Of a stretch of 64,000 nt of DNA, positions 47,409-57,527 are shown piece by piece. Numbering within the stretch: the stretch's first letter is position 1; each line of letters starts with the position of its first letter. Source of the stretch: Abditibacteriota bacterium (GTDB taxonomy: Bacteria > Armatimonadota > UBA5829); NCBI GenBank assembly GCA_017552965.1, contig JAFZNQ010000117.1, positions 1,319-65,318 on the forward strand, read 5' to 3'. The position numbers and the translations under genes are program-made. The notes below the pieces were generated by a model. That model was not told the DNA's origin. It saw only the letters and a list, made by a program, of their open reading frames with translations, and ran no database searches.

Positions 47409-47974
47409 GTGGTGAAAGCAGCGCCCGGCGGTCAAAAATAACGTCATCTCGGCGACAAGCCGTTAGGCTTGGCGGTAAGAGATCTCCTCCGATGGAAGGA
47501 CAGGTTCCGTTGCGGCACTATGCCCACCGCCGGAATAGTGTTCTTCGATCGGGCGGCGACGTTTTCTCTCGTCATCCCGGCGGAAATCGCAAATGTGTAA
47601 TGCGTTAGCATTGCGCGATTTCCGGGAAGGGACCTTCGGCGGGAGGGCCGTATCCAAGCACTGACGAGAAGTGCGGGAGAGTTTCCCATTGTTCCGCTCA
47701 GCTTGTTCGGCAGCGGAGGCTCGCGGTTCTGCCGAAGGGGACTTCTTACCGGTGAGGGCCTGAGGAGCCCTCACCGCCGAAGTGACGTCGTTATTGAATT
47801 GGACAAAGTGCCCGGGCTTAGGCCGAGGGTGCATCCTGCAGCGGGAAAAGGCGCCTTGCGGCGGCGCGGAAGCGCCGCCGCAAGGCATAATAAAACAGTG
47901 TGCGTTGGCAGGCGCGCAGTGCCTGCCAACGCACACATCTCTCCGGGAGGACGCGAAGGGCTTTTCTCAGCCTA
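47409..47974. other. about 0.55-kb GC-rich non-coding region containing copy 3 of the hairpin-CATAAT motif (47840-47936)
   Basis: No credible ORF; hairpin1 ccttgcggcggcgc-ggaa-gcgccgccgcaagg, then cataataaaaca, then 16-bp hairpin2 gtgtgcgttggcaggc-gcgcagt-gcctgccaacgcacac. Confidence 0.5.
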
Positions 47975-48559
47975 TCATTCGCCGGACTCGGGCTGCCTGG
48001 TATTAAACTGGTCTCTGTAGATGCTGCAGCAGATGATGATATAGATGATGATGCAGACTACCACGATCAGGGTCTGCTTGAGATAGCCTGCGAACGCGCA
48101 TATCAGGCCTCCCAGCAGGAGCAGTACGCTGCAGCCCTGACAGGAGCTTTCTTTGGAGCCGACTATTGCGCCTATCAGTATCACTGCAGCCAGGATGGAG
48201 ATCAGCTCCCACAGGAGCATGTGCCCTATGTCGGCCGTGATGTGTTCGGAGTCGGGGCTGAAGACGGCCAGCAGCAATGAGGGCACCGCGATCAGCATCA
48301 GCGCGCCGGATCCGGCGGCGAGCCAGGCTCTGTTGGCCGCAGCCCTGCGCTGCTCTTCCGCGAGAGAGATCTGCTGCCACTCTGCCACCCGGCCTTGATA
48401 CGACGCTCCTTCGCCCAGCTTTTCCAAAAGGGCTGTGACCGTCAGGTCCAGCCCGCAATTCGGGCAGCTGCGCATATTCCGGGAGATCTGCGCCCGGCAC
48501 TCGGGGCAGGTCCTTTGGCTGTAGCAGTCCCGTAAGTCGAGGATAGGTTTGTCTGCCAT
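47975..48559 (-). CDS. zinc-ribbon domain membrane protein (hypothetical)
   Basis: CPECRAQ...CPNCG zinc ribbon at the N-terminus followed by 3-4 TM helices. Confidence 0.5.
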   Translation of the reverse strand: MADKPILDLRDCYSQRTCPECRAQISRNMRSCPNCGLDLTVTALLEKLGEGASYQGRVAEWQQISLAEEQRRAAANRAWLAAGSGALMLIAVPSLLLAVFSPDSEHITADIGHMLLWELISILAAVILIGAIVGSKESSCQGCSVLLLLGGLICAFAGYLKQTLIVVVCIIIYIIICCSIYRDQFNTRQPESGE

Positions 48560-48610
48560 GCGTTTGAGAGTGTGTGAGCTTGGGGTGGGCGGGGCGGCCC
48601 GGAGGCTTTG

Positions 48611-48946
48611 TTATCCGCCCTTCAGGTTCCGGAGGGCTTCGTCGTTGTTGGCGATGACCATGGCTGCCTTGGAGCAGGACTCCAGCTCGGCGCAGGAACC
48701 GCAGGTGGGGAGCTGCTTTTCCATGGCGCATTTGCGTATGGGGCACAGCTCGCTGCAGTAGTGGAACTTGACGCCCTCTGTCCGGCAGCCCTCGCAGTTG
48801 ATGTATTCGGGCAGGATGGTCACGTTGTTCATCCTGCTCCATTCTTCGGCAGTCTTGCGGCGCAGCTCGTCGTCGTTGTTTTTGGTGGCGATATAGGCGT
48901 CGCACTTTTTGCAGTCAAGGCCGCAGCAGGCTATAAATTTGTTCAT
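48611..48946 (-). CDS. cysteine-rich DUF3795-like protein
   Basis: MNKFIACCGLDCKKCDAY... with multiple CxxC pairs (CEGC, CSELCPIRKC, CGSC). Confidence 0.45.
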   Translation of the reverse strand: MNKFIACCGLDCKKCDAYIATKNNDDELRRKTAEEWSRMNNVTILPEYINCEGCRTEGVKFHYCSELCPIRKCAMEKQLPTCGSCAELESCSKAAMVIANNDEALRNLKGG

Positions 48947-48985
48947 GATATTCTCCTGTGATGGTGATATACGGTGTGCTCGGCT

Positions 48986-49285
48986 TCAGCGCCGGCGGGG
49001 GAAGTGCAGCCAGCCGAGCCTGTTCTTTCTGTGGTGTTCGATGGTGTATCTGACCAGATAGCCGACGAAATCGTCCCTGCTCCTGAAGCCCTGGGGGATG
49101 GTCACATAGGTGTACCATGCTCCGGGATAATCCCACTTCTCCTCAAAAAAGGCTTCCGGGGGATAGGGGTCAAGGATCTCCTCTATCCCGGGGTCCCTGA
49201 TCCTCGCCTTTTCCAGAGCCTCCTTGTGTATGGCGTCTCTGAATCTGGCGGCGTCCTTCAGGTCGCGTTCGGTGTATGGGGGCAT
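48986..49285 (-). CDS. small hypothetical protein (99 aa; start at the internal ATG with GGAGA RBS)
   Basis: ORF with RBS cagagaggagacaacATG; the upstream extension in the track lacks an RBS. Confidence 0.35.
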   Translation of the reverse strand: MPPYTERDLKDAARFRDAIHKEALEKARIRDPGIEEILDPYPPEAFFEEKWDYPGAWYTYVTIPQGFRSRDDFVGYLVRYTIEHHRKNRLGWLHFPRRR

Positions 49286-49455
49286 GTTGTCTCCTCTCTG
49301 TGATCGCCGGCGCAAGAGTCCGCCGGTCCGCAGTCCGGCCAAAGGCCCGGGACCTGCAATTTCATTATAGCATATCCGGGGCAAAAACGGCCCGGCAGGC
49401 CCGGATGGTGATATAATAAAGAAAAAGAACGCTGTATATCGGGGAGTGACTGTAT

Positions 49456-50508
49456 ATGCTGCAGCTGAAACAGGAGACCATAGCGCTGCTGGAGGACATA
49501 GAGCGGCGGATCGATCCGGACGCGGAGGACCGTCTGGACGCGGACTGGCTCGCCTTTCTGCGGGGTGAATATGAGGGGGATATCTTCCGGCCCCGCAGGG
49601 ACCGGGTCTCTCCGCCGGGGACGCCTCTTGCTCCCGTCAACATCAACGACGCCCTGGAGGACCCGGAGACTATGCTCACCGGCGAGATGCAGACCGTGTC
49701 CCGGGCTCTGGGGTCCGAGGGACTGAATCTGGCTGTGCGGGCCAACTACGGCACCGCCATTCTGGCTTCGCTCTTCGGGGCCGAGATCTTTGTGATGCCC
49801 AGAGAATACAACACCCTGCCCACTGCCCGGTCCTTCGGAGATACGGACCGTATCAGAGAGATCGTGGAGGCGGGGGCGCCGGATTTGGACCGGGGTCTGG
49901 GAGAGCGGGTATTCCTGTGCGGGGAGCTCTTCAGGGAGATAGGGGAGCGGTATCCCCGGATAGGGAGCCGGGTCACCGTGTATCATCCGGATCTGCAGGG
50001 GCCTCTGGACATCTGCGAGCTCATGTGGGGAGGGGACATGTTCTACGCCATGTATGACGAGCCTGAGCTGGTCCACGCCTTCATGAGCCTCATCACCGAC
50101 GCCTATATACGCTTTATGGAAAAGTGGTTCCGGCTGTTTCCCTGCGGCGTGGAGATGAATGCCCACTGGGTCAGCCTGCGCCACCGGGGCCGGCTGTGCC
50201 TGCGCTGCGACAGCGCCATGAACCTGTCTCCGGCGCTCTACGAGGAATTTGCCGTGCCCTATGACAGGATACTGCTGCAGCGCTTTGGGGGCGGCATCAT
50301 GCATTTTTGCGGCAGGGGAGACCACTATATTTCCCTGCTTTGCGCTCAGCCCGGGCTCACCGGGGTGAACATGTCTCAGCCCCATCTCAACGATATGGAG
50401 GTCATCTACCGCAACACAGTGGACCTGGGCATCCTCCTGCTGGGCTTTCCCGCGGACCGGGCGGCGGAGGATGCGGGCAGAGGCTTTCACCACCTGATGC
50501 AGGTGTGA
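49456..50508 (+). CDS. uroporphyrinogen decarboxylase (URO-D)-like family protein (MtaA/CmuA-like methyltransferase fold)
   Basis: Size (350 aa) and dispersed motifs resembling URO-D/MtaA family; low certainty from sequence alone. Confidence 0.4.
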   Translation: MLQLKQETIALLEDIERRIDPDAEDRLDADWLAFLRGEYEGDIFRPRRDRVSPPGTPLAPVNINDALEDPETMLTGEMQTVSRALGSEGLNLAVRANYGTAILASLFGAEIFVMPREYNTLPTARSFGDTDRIREIVEAGAPDLDRGLGERVFLCGELFREIGERYPRIGSRVTVYHPDLQGPLDICELMWGGDMFYAMYDEPELVHAFMSLITDAYIRFMEKWFRLFPCGVEMNAHWVSLRHRGRLCLRCDSAMNLSPALYEEFAVPYDRILLQRFGGGIMHFCGRGDHYISLLCAQPGLTGVNMSQPHLNDMEVIYRNTVDLGILLLGFPADRAAEDAGRGFHHLMQV

Positions 50509-50634
50509 GGCGCAAGGGACCGAGGGGCGCAATGAGGGGCCTCCGTCCTGTGACGCATGACGGTCCCGATGTGGTATAATAGAGGTGTAAAGCCGGGGTC
50601 TTCGGGGACTTGCGGCAAAAGGGAGGCCCGGAAT

Positions 50635-51075
50635 ATGAACATACTCATCATCGACGCTCAGGGAGGCGGCATAGGCAGACAGCTGATAGCCGCGGTCCGG
50701 GAGGCGCTGCCCGAGGCCCGGATCACTGCCGTGGGCACCAATTCCGCTGCCACCGCCAACATGCTGAGAGCCGGGGCTCACGAGGCCGCCACCGGCGAAA
50801 ACCCGGTGACTGTCTGCTGCGCCAGGGCGGACGTCATAGCGGGGCCCGCGGGCATAATCATGGCTGACGCCATGCTGGGGGAGATCACTCCCCGGATGGC
50901 TCTGGCGGTGGCTCAGAGCCGGGCGCAAAAGGTGCTGCTGCCCTTCAATCAGTGCGGCACAGTGATAGTGGGCGTCACCGAAAAAAGCATGGGGGCTCTG
51001 GTGCAGTCCGCCGCCGATGAAATAAAGCGCCTGGCGGAAAAAATCGTTGACAAAAACCGGCCCTCGGGTATATAA
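50635..51075 (+). CDS. DUF3842-like small protein
   Basis: MNILIIDAQGGGIGRQLI... Rossmann-like small protein; RBS GGGAGG; promoter-like TGtGGTATAAT about 60 nt upstream. Confidence 0.45.
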   Translation: MNILIIDAQGGGIGRQLIAAVREALPEARITAVGTNSAATANMLRAGAHEAATGENPVTVCCARADVIAGPAGIIMADAMLGEITPRMALAVAQSRAQKVLLPFNQCGTVIVGVTEKSMGALVQSAADEIKRLAEKIVDKNRPSGI

Positions 51076-51228
51076 TAAGGTTGTATGAGTCCGGCATGAA
51101 GCCGGCGCCGGCGCCGAAGCGCCGCAGTATGCAGATATTATCGTATCGCGTTCGCGAAGACGCGGGGCGTGCGCGCCCGCGCCTTTTTCGTAAAACGCGC
51201 GGGAAACATGTATTTACGGAGGATCATT

Positions 51229-51603
51229 ATGGCATGTTTTTTGGTATCCGCTGCCGAAGCGGTAGTTGCGACCGTTGCCTGTAAGGTGATGGAGAAAAAA
51301 GAAAAGTCCGACAAGAAGCACGGGGGCATTCCCTTTTCCGTCAAGCTGGGTTGGCTCAGAAATATGCTGTGGGGCGGCACCGCTCTGCTGGCCTTTGAGC
51401 ACGTGTGGCACGGCGAGGTGACTCCCTGGGCCCCGTTCCTGACGGCCATGAGCGATCCGGCGGACACGGCGGAGATGCTGGGTGAGATGTCCACGGTAGG
51501 CGTCAGTATGGCCTGCCTGGTCACCGGCGTGTGGCTGGTGATGCTGGGCGTCAGCGCGGTCATCGAAAAGAGAGCGGCCAAGCGAGTCGAAGCAGAAGGG
51601 TAA
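51229..51603 (+). CDS. small membrane protein (hypothetical, 2 TM)
   Basis: RBS GGAGGA; two hydrophobic helices. Confidence 0.4.
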   Translation: MACFLVSAAEAVVATVACKVMEKKEKSDKKHGGIPFSVKLGWLRNMLWGGTALLAFEHVWHGEVTPWAPFLTAMSDPADTAEMLGEMSTVGVSMACLVTGVWLVMLGVSAVIEKRAAKRVEAEG

Positions 51604-51608
51604 GAGCC

Positions 51609-51920
51609 ATGACTCTGCTGATCTGCGTGCTTGCAGCTGTGGCTTCCACCATAGTCTGGTATTCGTCGGAGGAAAGCCGGATCATGAGATCGGCTGTGCT
51701 CATGTGGATGTTCTGGGGAGCCTCCCTCATGTGGCTCATAGACGCCGTGTTCGAATACAGAGAGCTGGGAGCCGAGTATTTTACTCCCGCCATACCCGAT
51801 ATGGTAAACGACGCCTTCCTGGGGCTTTCCGTAGTGGCTCTGGGGCTGGTGATATGGGTCGTCGTGTTTTTGATCGCGGACCCGAAGGGAGTCATCAGAA
51901 AGACCGTAGTCAAAGAGTAA
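51609..51920 (+). CDS. small membrane protein (hypothetical, 3 TM)
   Basis: Starts 6 nt after the previous stop; hydrophobic helices. Confidence 0.4.
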   Translation: MTLLICVLAAVASTIVWYSSEESRIMRSAVLMWMFWGASLMWLIDAVFEYRELGAEYFTPAIPDMVNDAFLGLSVVALGLVIWVVVFLIADPKGVIRKTVVKE

Positions 51921-51935
51921 CCCCCGAAAGGGTAT

Positions 51936-51965
51936 GCGGACGGCATTTTGCCGTCCGTTTTTTTT
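51936..51965. terminator. bidirectional rho-independent terminator (T-run overlaps the stop of the convergent GNAT gene)
   Basis: gcggacggca-tttt-gccgtccg followed by TTTTTTTT. Confidence 0.65.
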
Positions 51966-52458
51966 ATTCGAGCTCCAATCGATAGACGTAGTCGTCCATA
52001 AAAAAGCCGCCGCCTATGTCTATCTTCTCCGGGCGGAGTATCTCAAAGCCCATGCGCTCATAGGCAAAGCGGGACTCGTTGCGCTTGTTGACGTTCAGCT
52101 CGATGGCCGTCAGCCCCTGCTTCCTGGCCTCCACGGCGATAAAGCCGATGATCTGCCGCCCATAGCCTCTGCGCCGCTCCTGCCGATAGAGATAAAACTT
52201 GCTCAGATACATGGCGGAGCCTCTGGGGTATATGGCAAAAAAGCCCACCTGTCTGTCTCCGTCCAGCGCGAAGAAATACCTGTATCCCTCCGCCAGCTGC
52301 TTTGCTATGGCCGCCTCGCTCTGAAATCTGGCCAGCATGTAGTCGTTCTGCTCTTTGCCTATCAGGGGGTCGTAGTATTCCCTGACGATGTCGGTGGCCA
52401 TGCGGGACATCTGCCGTATCCCCTCCGTGTCCTCCGCCGTCAGTTCCCTCACTTTCAT
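51964..52458 (-). CDS. GNAT family N-acetyltransferase (164 aa)
   Basis: R/Q-x-x-G-x-G/A motif (RRRGYGRQII) and GNAT fold pattern; start at MKVREL with GGGAGAG RBS (the track ORF is over-extended). Confidence 0.6.
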   Translation of the reverse strand: MKVRELTAEDTEGIRQMSRMATDIVREYYDPLIGKEQNDYMLARFQSEAAIAKQLAEGYRYFFALDGDRQVGFFAIYPRGSAMYLSKFYLYRQERRRGYGRQIIGFIAVEARKQGLTAIELNVNKRNESRFAYERMGFEILRPEKIDIGGGFFMDDYVYRLELE

Positions 52459-52589
52459 TGTCTGCTCTCCCGTGAATGTCTGTGATTTGTGTAAAAGCGC
52501 CTTATGCCCCTGCCGTATCCGGGCGGGCAAAAAAGCCACCGGCTCCGGAGACGTCCGGGGCCGGTGTGTCTTCTGTGTGTGGGGCAGGC

Positions 52590-54239
52590 TTACATCATGC
52601 CGCCCATGCCGCCGGGCATGCCCATGCCGCCGCCCATGCCGCCTGCGGGCATAGGAGGAACGGGCTCGGGTATCTCGGTGATCACGCACTCGGTGGTCAG
52701 CAGCAGAGCCGCTATGGACGCTGCGTTCTCCAGAGTGGTGCGCACCACCTTGGTAGGATCGATGATGCCGCTGTCTATCATATTGACGTATTCGCACTTG
52801 GCTGCGTCAAAGCCCATGTTCTTGTCGTCGAAGGACTTGATCTTGTTGATGATGACGCTGCCCTCCAGACCTGCGTTCTCCACTATCTTGCGGAGAGGAG
52901 CCTCCAGAGCCTTTCTCACGATGTTGACGCCGATCATCTCGTCCCGATCCAGCTCTATGGCGTCCAGAGCGGACTCGGCGTTGAGCATGGTGACTCCGCC
53001 GCCGGGGACTATGCCTTCCAGGGCCGCTGCCTTGGTGGCTGCCAGAGCGTCTTCGATGCGGCTCTTCTTTTCCTTGAGCTCGGTCTCGGTGGAAGCGCCT
53101 ACCTTGATGACGGCTACGCCGCCGGCCAGCTTGGCCTTGCGCTCCTGCAGCTTTTCTCTGTCATAGTTGGAGGTGGAGCGGTCGTACTCGCCCTGTATCT
53201 GGCTGATCCTGCCCTTGACGGCGGAGGAATCGCCGGCGCCCTCTATGATGGTGGTCTTGTCCTTGGTGATCTTCACGGACTTGGCCCGGCCCAGCATGCT
53301 GATGTCCAGGCTTTCCAGCTTCATGCCCAGGTCCTCGGTGATGAACTGGCCGCCGGTGAGGATGGCTATGTCTTCCATCATGGCCTTGCGTCTGTCGCCA
53401 AAGCCGGGGGCCTTGACTGCGGCCACGTTCAGGGTGCCGCGGAGCTTGTTGACTACCAGGGCAGCCAGGGCTTCACCGTCCACGTCCTCGGCGATGATGA
53501 CCAGAGGGCGTCCCATCTGCACTATCTTTTCCAGAATGGGCAGGATGTCGTTGACTGCGGATATCTTTTTCTCAAAGAGCAGGATAAAGGGCTCTTCCAT
53601 CACGGCTTCCATTCTCTCGGCGTCCGTGACCATGTAGGGGGAGATGTAGCCCTTGTCGAACTGCATGCCTTCCACCCAGTCCATGGTGGTCTCGGTGCCC
53701 TTGCTCTCTTCGACGGTGATGACTCCGTCGTTGCCCACCTTGTCCATAGCGTCGGCGACTATCTTGCCGATCTCTTCGGAGTTGGCGGAGATGGCCGCTA
53801 CCTGCTCGATGGAGCTGCGGTCGGTGACCTCTACTGCCTGGGCCTTGATGGCCTCTACCACGGCGGCGGTGGCCTTTTCGATGCCCCGCTTGATGGCCAT
53901 GGGGTTGGTGCCGGCGGCCACGTTCTTGAAGCCCTCTCTGATAATGGCCTGGGCCAGGACGGTGGCTGTGGTGGTGCCGTCGCCGGCCACGTCGTTGGTC
54001 TTGGAGCTGACTTCTCTCACCAGCTGGGCACCCACGTTCTCAAAGCGGTCCTCCACCTCTATCTCCTTGGCGATGGTGACGCCGTCGTTGATGATGAGGG
54101 GGCTGCCGAACTTCTTCTCGATCATTACGTATCTGCCCCGGGGGCCCAGGGTCACGCTTACCGCATCGGCCAGCTTGTCTACGCCCTTTTCAATGAGACG
54201 GCGGGCGTCCTCCGAAAACTTCAGATCCTTTGATGCCAT
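52590..54239 (-). CDS. groL: chaperonin GroEL with C-terminal GGM repeat
   Basis: Canonical GroEL sequence ([24 protein letters not shown]..., C-terminal GGMGGMM). Confidence 0.95.
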   Translation of the reverse strand: MASKDLKFSEDARRLIEKGVDKLADAVSVTLGPRGRYVMIEKKFGSPLIINDGVTIAKEIEVEDRFENVGAQLVREVSSKTNDVAGDGTTTATVLAQAIIREGFKNVAAGTNPMAIKRGIEKATAAVVEAIKAQAVEVTDRSSIEQVAAISANSEEIGKIVADAMDKVGNDGVITVEESKGTETTMDWVEGMQFDKGYISPYMVTDAERMEAVMEEPFILLFEKKISAVNDILPILEKIVQMGRPLVIIAEDVDGEALAALVVNKLRGTLNVAAVKAPGFGDRRKAMMEDIAILTGGQFITEDLGMKLESLDISMLGRAKSVKITKDKTTIIEGAGDSSAVKGRISQIQGEYDRSTSNYDREKLQERKAKLAGGVAVIKVGASTETELKEKKSRIEDALAATKAAALEGIVPGGGVTMLNAESALDAIELDRDEMIGVNIVRKALEAPLRKIVENAGLEGSVIINKIKSFDDKNMGFDAAKCEYVNMIDSGIIDPTKVVRTTLENAASIAALLLTTECVITEIPEPVPPMPAGGMGGGMGMPGGMGGMM

Positions 54240-54256
54240 ATTATATTACTCCTTGA

Positions 54257-54541
54257 TTATTCTATCACTCCGAGGATGTCTTCGGCCCGGAGAATGACGT
54301 ATTCTTCACCCTCCACCTTGACCTCGGTGCCGGCATATTTTCCGTAAACTATTTTGTCACCGACCTTCACGTCTATGGGAACGATGGTCCCGTCGGAAAG
54401 GCGGGAGCCTTCTCCTATGGCGATGACCTCTGCCTCCACGGGCTTTTCCTTGGCTGTGTCGGGCAGGTAGATGCCGCCGGCGGTCTTTTCAGCCATGTCA
54501 AGAGTCTTGGCTATCACTCTGTCGCCTAAAGGTTTGAGCAT
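54257..54541 (-). CDS. groS: co-chaperonin GroES
   Basis: [12 protein letters not shown]...[13 protein letters not shown]. Confidence 0.9.
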   Translation of the reverse strand: MLKPLGDRVIAKTLDMAEKTAGGIYLPDTAKEKPVEAEVIAIGEGSRLSDGTIVPIDVKVGDKIVYGKYAGTEVKVEGEEYVILRAEDILGVIE

Positions 54542-54569
54542 ATGCTCCTCCTGTTATCCATAAAAGGTA

Positions 54570-54596
54570 TTAGCACTCTCGCTTGCCGAGTGCCAA
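54570..54596. promoter_or_regulatory. CIRCE operator (HrcA binding site) upstream of groES
   Basis: TTAGCACTC-N9-GAGTGCCAA (one mismatch to the TTAGCACTC-N9-GAGTGCTAA consensus). Confidence 0.8.
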
Positions 54597-54678
54597 CTAT
54601 ATTTTACTACATTTCGCCCCGTCCCCGCAAGGCTCGCAAGGGGAGCGAAAATAATTTTCGTGAAAATTTTTCGCTCTA

Positions 54679-54708
54679 TTGCATTTTTTCGGGATTTTAA
54701 GGTATAAT
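54679..54708 (+). promoter_or_regulatory. sigma-70 promoter for the Met-rich lipoprotein gene (divergent from groES)
   Basis: TTGCAT-18 nt-TATAAT. Confidence 0.45.
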
Positions 54709-54755
54709 CAAAGTAGGTAAGTTAATTAACGATACTTCAGGCAAGGATACCAAGT

Positions 54756-55757
54756 ATGAAAAAATCTATCTTAATGCTTCTTTTGGCGATGCTGATGGCA
54801 GCGTCTATGGTGCTGTTTTGCGGCTGCGGCAGTGATGACAGCAGCTCCGACAGCTCTTCGTCCTCTTCCGATGACGAATACAATGCCGACGGTACTGCCA
54901 GCATGAGCTCGGGCGCTTCCGGCCCCGCTATGCCCACCATGCCCAGCACGCCCAGTTTGCCCACCATGCCCGGCGCTACCGGCGCCCCCGGCGCGGCCGC
55001 TGCTCCCGCAGCCCCCAAGGCAGCGGACACCATATCCTTCGACGAGGCCAAGACTGTCACCGTCCCCAAGCTGTTTACCAACAAGTCGGGTCAGTCCTAC
55101 TACGTCTTCAAGTTTGCGGATGAAAGAGGCGCTATATATACCTGCAAGCTGCCCGAGGCAGAGGCCGACGGCAAGTGGAGCAAGGGAGGCTGGCTGGCCA
55201 CCTTCAAGGCCTATATGCTGCCTTCTCAGGCTGCCGCCAACGAGCTGGCCGCTCTCACCACCAAGGAAAAGCTTTCGAGCTATCCCTTCCTGACTGCTGC
55301 CAACGCTTCCATGACAGTGCCCGGCTACGGTCTGCCCAAGACAGCCAGCACCGGCGTGTTTGTCATATCCCCCAGCAGAGGCGGCTCTATGAACGGTTTC
55401 GGCATCGGCACCGGTACAGGCACCATGGGTATGGGAATGTCCGGTATGTCCGGTATGGGCGGTATGATGCCTACTCCCACTATGCCCGGTATGTCCGGTA
55501 TGGGCGGCGGCTATGACACCATGGGCGGTATGTCCATGCCTACGCCTACCATGCCTACTCCCTCTATGCCCGGTATGGGCGGCGGCTATGACACCATGGG
55601 CGGTATGTCCATGCCTACGCCTACCATGCCTACTCCCACCTTGCCCGGTATGGGCGGCGGAATGGGCGGCGGCTATGACATGGGCGGCGGAATGGGCGGT
55701 ATGATGATGCCTACTCCCACTATGCCTACGCCGACTATGCCCGGTATGTATTATTAG
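54756..55757 (+). CDS. lipoprotein with Ser-rich linker and C-terminal Met/Gly/Pro/Thr-rich tandem repeats
   Basis: Signal peptide plus lipobox (MVLFCGC); SDDSSSDSSSSSSDD linker; repeats MPTPTMPGMGGGYDTMGGMS x about 5. Confidence 0.55.
   Translation: MKKSILMLLLAMLMAASMVLFCGCGSDDSSSDSSSSSSDDEYNADGTASMSSGASGPAMPTMPSTPSLPTMPGATGAPGAAAAPAAPKAADTISFDEAKTVTVPKLFTNKSGQSYYVFKFADERGAIYTCKLPEAEADGKWSKGGWLATFKAYMLPSQAAANELAALTTKEKLSSYPFLTAANASMTVPGYGLPKTASTGVFVISPSRGGSMNGFGIGTGTGTMGMGMSGMSGMGGMMPTPTMPGMSGMGGGYDTMGGMSMPTPTMPTPSMPGMGGGYDTMGGMSMPTPTMPTPTLPGMGGGMGGGYDMGGGMGGMMMPTPTMPTPTMPGMYY
55440..55745 (+). repeat. imperfect tandem repeats (about 54-63 bp) encoding the Met/Gly/Pro motif
   Basis: ggctatgacaccatgggcggtatgtccatgcctacgcctaccatgcctactcc occurs twice, with degenerate flanking copies. 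Confidence 0.65.
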
Positions 55758-55763
55758 TACCCT

Positions 55764-56003
55764 ATGCCTGTTTACACATACAAGTGTGAGGAGTGCAAAC
55801 GCAGGTTTGAGGTCCGTCAGTCCATGACAGATCCGGAGATAGAGGTCTGTCCCGACTGCGGAGGCAAGGTGCACAAGGTCATCGGCCAGACGGGAGTCAT
55901 ATTCAAGGGGTCGGGCTTTTACGTCAACGACAACGCCTGTCCCAAGGCCGACCTGGACAGCCACGACAGCCCATGTCATTCCTGTCCCCACGCTCACAAA
56001 TGA
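55764..56003 (+). CDS. FmdB-family zinc-ribbon protein
   Basis: MPVYTYKCEECKRRFEV...CPDCGG: classic FmdB-type CxxC...CxxC N-terminus. Confidence 0.6.
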   Translation: MPVYTYKCEECKRRFEVRQSMTDPEIEVCPDCGGKVHKVIGQTGVIFKGSGFYVNDNACPKADLDSHDSPCHSCPHAHK

Positions 56004-56055
56004 ATATCAAGCGCAGTTCTCACAGAGAGAGCTGCGTTTTTTTTTGGAGATCATC

Positions 56056-57525
56056 ATGAAAAAGACAGTGTTTTGGGTCCTGGCTCTTGTGGCGCTCTGC
56101 GCCCTGGCGGCGGCAGCCGCCCCGGAGAGCGAAGGCGGCGCCGAGGACACAGCGGCAGCCCTGACCGCCAATGAGAAGGGCGGCATGGCCTATGAGATAA
56201 AGTATATCAAGGACCGCAAGGCGGGCAAATACTCCATAGACCTGAGATACCCCCTGCTGAAGTCGGAGGCCGGCTTTGCAGCGGCTGCCAACAAGGACAT
56301 AAAGGAGAGCTATGACAGCTTTGCCAAGGGCTTTCGCGAGATCCTGGGCGAGGTGGACTACGGCCCCGAGATGGAGATGGAGCTGACGGCGGAGCCCACG
56401 GTGACTCTCAACAGGGCCGGCGCTTTTTCGGTCCGGAGCCTGGTCTATTCCTACACCGGCGGGGCCCATCCCAACACGGTGACCTACTGCGGCAGCTTCA
56501 TAGACGGCGTCTCAAAGCCTCTCCGGTTCGCAGATCTCTTCAGGCCCGACGCCAAAAAGGATATAGTGGCCCTGCTCAAGACGCCTCTGGATGAGGAACG
56601 CAGGGAGAGGATAGGCGATCCGGACCTGCCGGACGAAGAAAAGCAGGTGGATCCCGAATACATAGAGGGCTGCATAGACAGCTTTGTCCTGACTCCCACG
56701 GGCGTCAACTGGATATTTGATCCCTACGCCATAGGCTCCTATGCCGAGGGGCGCTATGAGGCCCTGCTGAGCTGGACCGAGCTGAAGCCCTATTTCAAGC
56801 CAAACAAAGTGATCGCAGGCCTCACTGCCGACTTTGAGAGCAAGGTGCGGGTGAAGGGCTCCGTCCATCTGCTCTACGAATACGGGCTGCCTGCCGGGGC
56901 CAAACTGAAGGCCGGCATCATGGACATGAAAAAAGCCCGGGCTGCCGCCGCAGAAGACGATATCGAAGCCTGTTTTCAGCTGTTTGAGCTGCCTCTTGAC
57001 TGGGGGCAGGTCCAGTATTTCGACCTGCTCTTTGACGAGGCGGACAAGAAAAACGCGGAGGGCTATGAGTTCGCTGTGTGTGTCGTATACGACGGGGCTC
57101 AGGGTGAATTTGTCCGGGTGCAGTGCCCCGCCTCGGGCCTGCTGGACAGCCCCGTGGAGCTGAACAAAAAGCAGGTCAGGGACTCCTCCCTGGCTCCGGA
57201 CTACACCAAGGAATGGAACTATCTGGTGTATGAGTGCAAGGCCGTGTACGTGGAGAACATCAAGCTGGGCAGCGATCCCTACGTGGAGGTGCGCCTCATG
57301 GACGGCGACAGGATACTCCGCAAGCAGTTTACCAAGGAATATCTGTTCAACCCGGCGGAGATAGCCGTGTGCTTTGACGCCCGGGACCTGGAGAACGGCC
57401 GGGACTACAGTCTGAAGGTGCTCCTGCGCAACGAAAAGGGCACCCTGTTTGAGTCGGAGCCCCTGGAGTTTCGCCGGGACGACTGGACCACTCTGCCCGA
57501 GGATATCAGGCTCATACGGAAATAG
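56056..57525 (+). CDS. secreted DUF4163/DUF3298-domain protein (RsiV/PdaC-like) with extra C-terminal domain
   Basis: Signal peptide; YSYTGGAHPN hallmark of DUF3298. Confidence 0.55.
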   Translation: MKKTVFWVLALVALCALAAAAAPESEGGAEDTAAALTANEKGGMAYEIKYIKDRKAGKYSIDLRYPLLKSEAGFAAAANKDIKESYDSFAKGFREILGEVDYGPEMEMELTAEPTVTLNRAGAFSVRSLVYSYTGGAHPNTVTYCGSFIDGVSKPLRFADLFRPDAKKDIVALLKTPLDEERRERIGDPDLPDEEKQVDPEYIEGCIDSFVLTPTGVNWIFDPYAIGSYAEGRYEALLSWTELKPYFKPNKVIAGLTADFESKVRVKGSVHLLYEYGLPAGAKLKAGIMDMKKARAAAAEDDIEACFQLFELPLDWGQVQYFDLLFDEADKKNAEGYEFAVCVVYDGAQGEFVRVQCPASGLLDSPVELNKKQVRDSSLAPDYTKEWNYLVYECKAVYVENIKLGSDPYVEVRLMDGDRILRKQFTKEYLFNPAEIAVCFDARDLENGRDYSLKVLLRNEKGTLFESEPLEFRRDDWTTLPEDIRLIRK

Positions 57526-57527
57526 GC

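Noticed and set aside
47855-47936. Hairpin-CATAAT motif as an intrinsic terminator
   Set aside because: Neither strand has a U-tract after the stems. The real terminator of the Big_2 gene is the separate hairpin at 47371-47408.
54597-54700. Exact groES promoter position
   Set aside because: A TTGCGG-18-TAAAAT candidate sits just upstream of the CIRCE on the minus strand, but the match is weak, so it was not listed as a feature.
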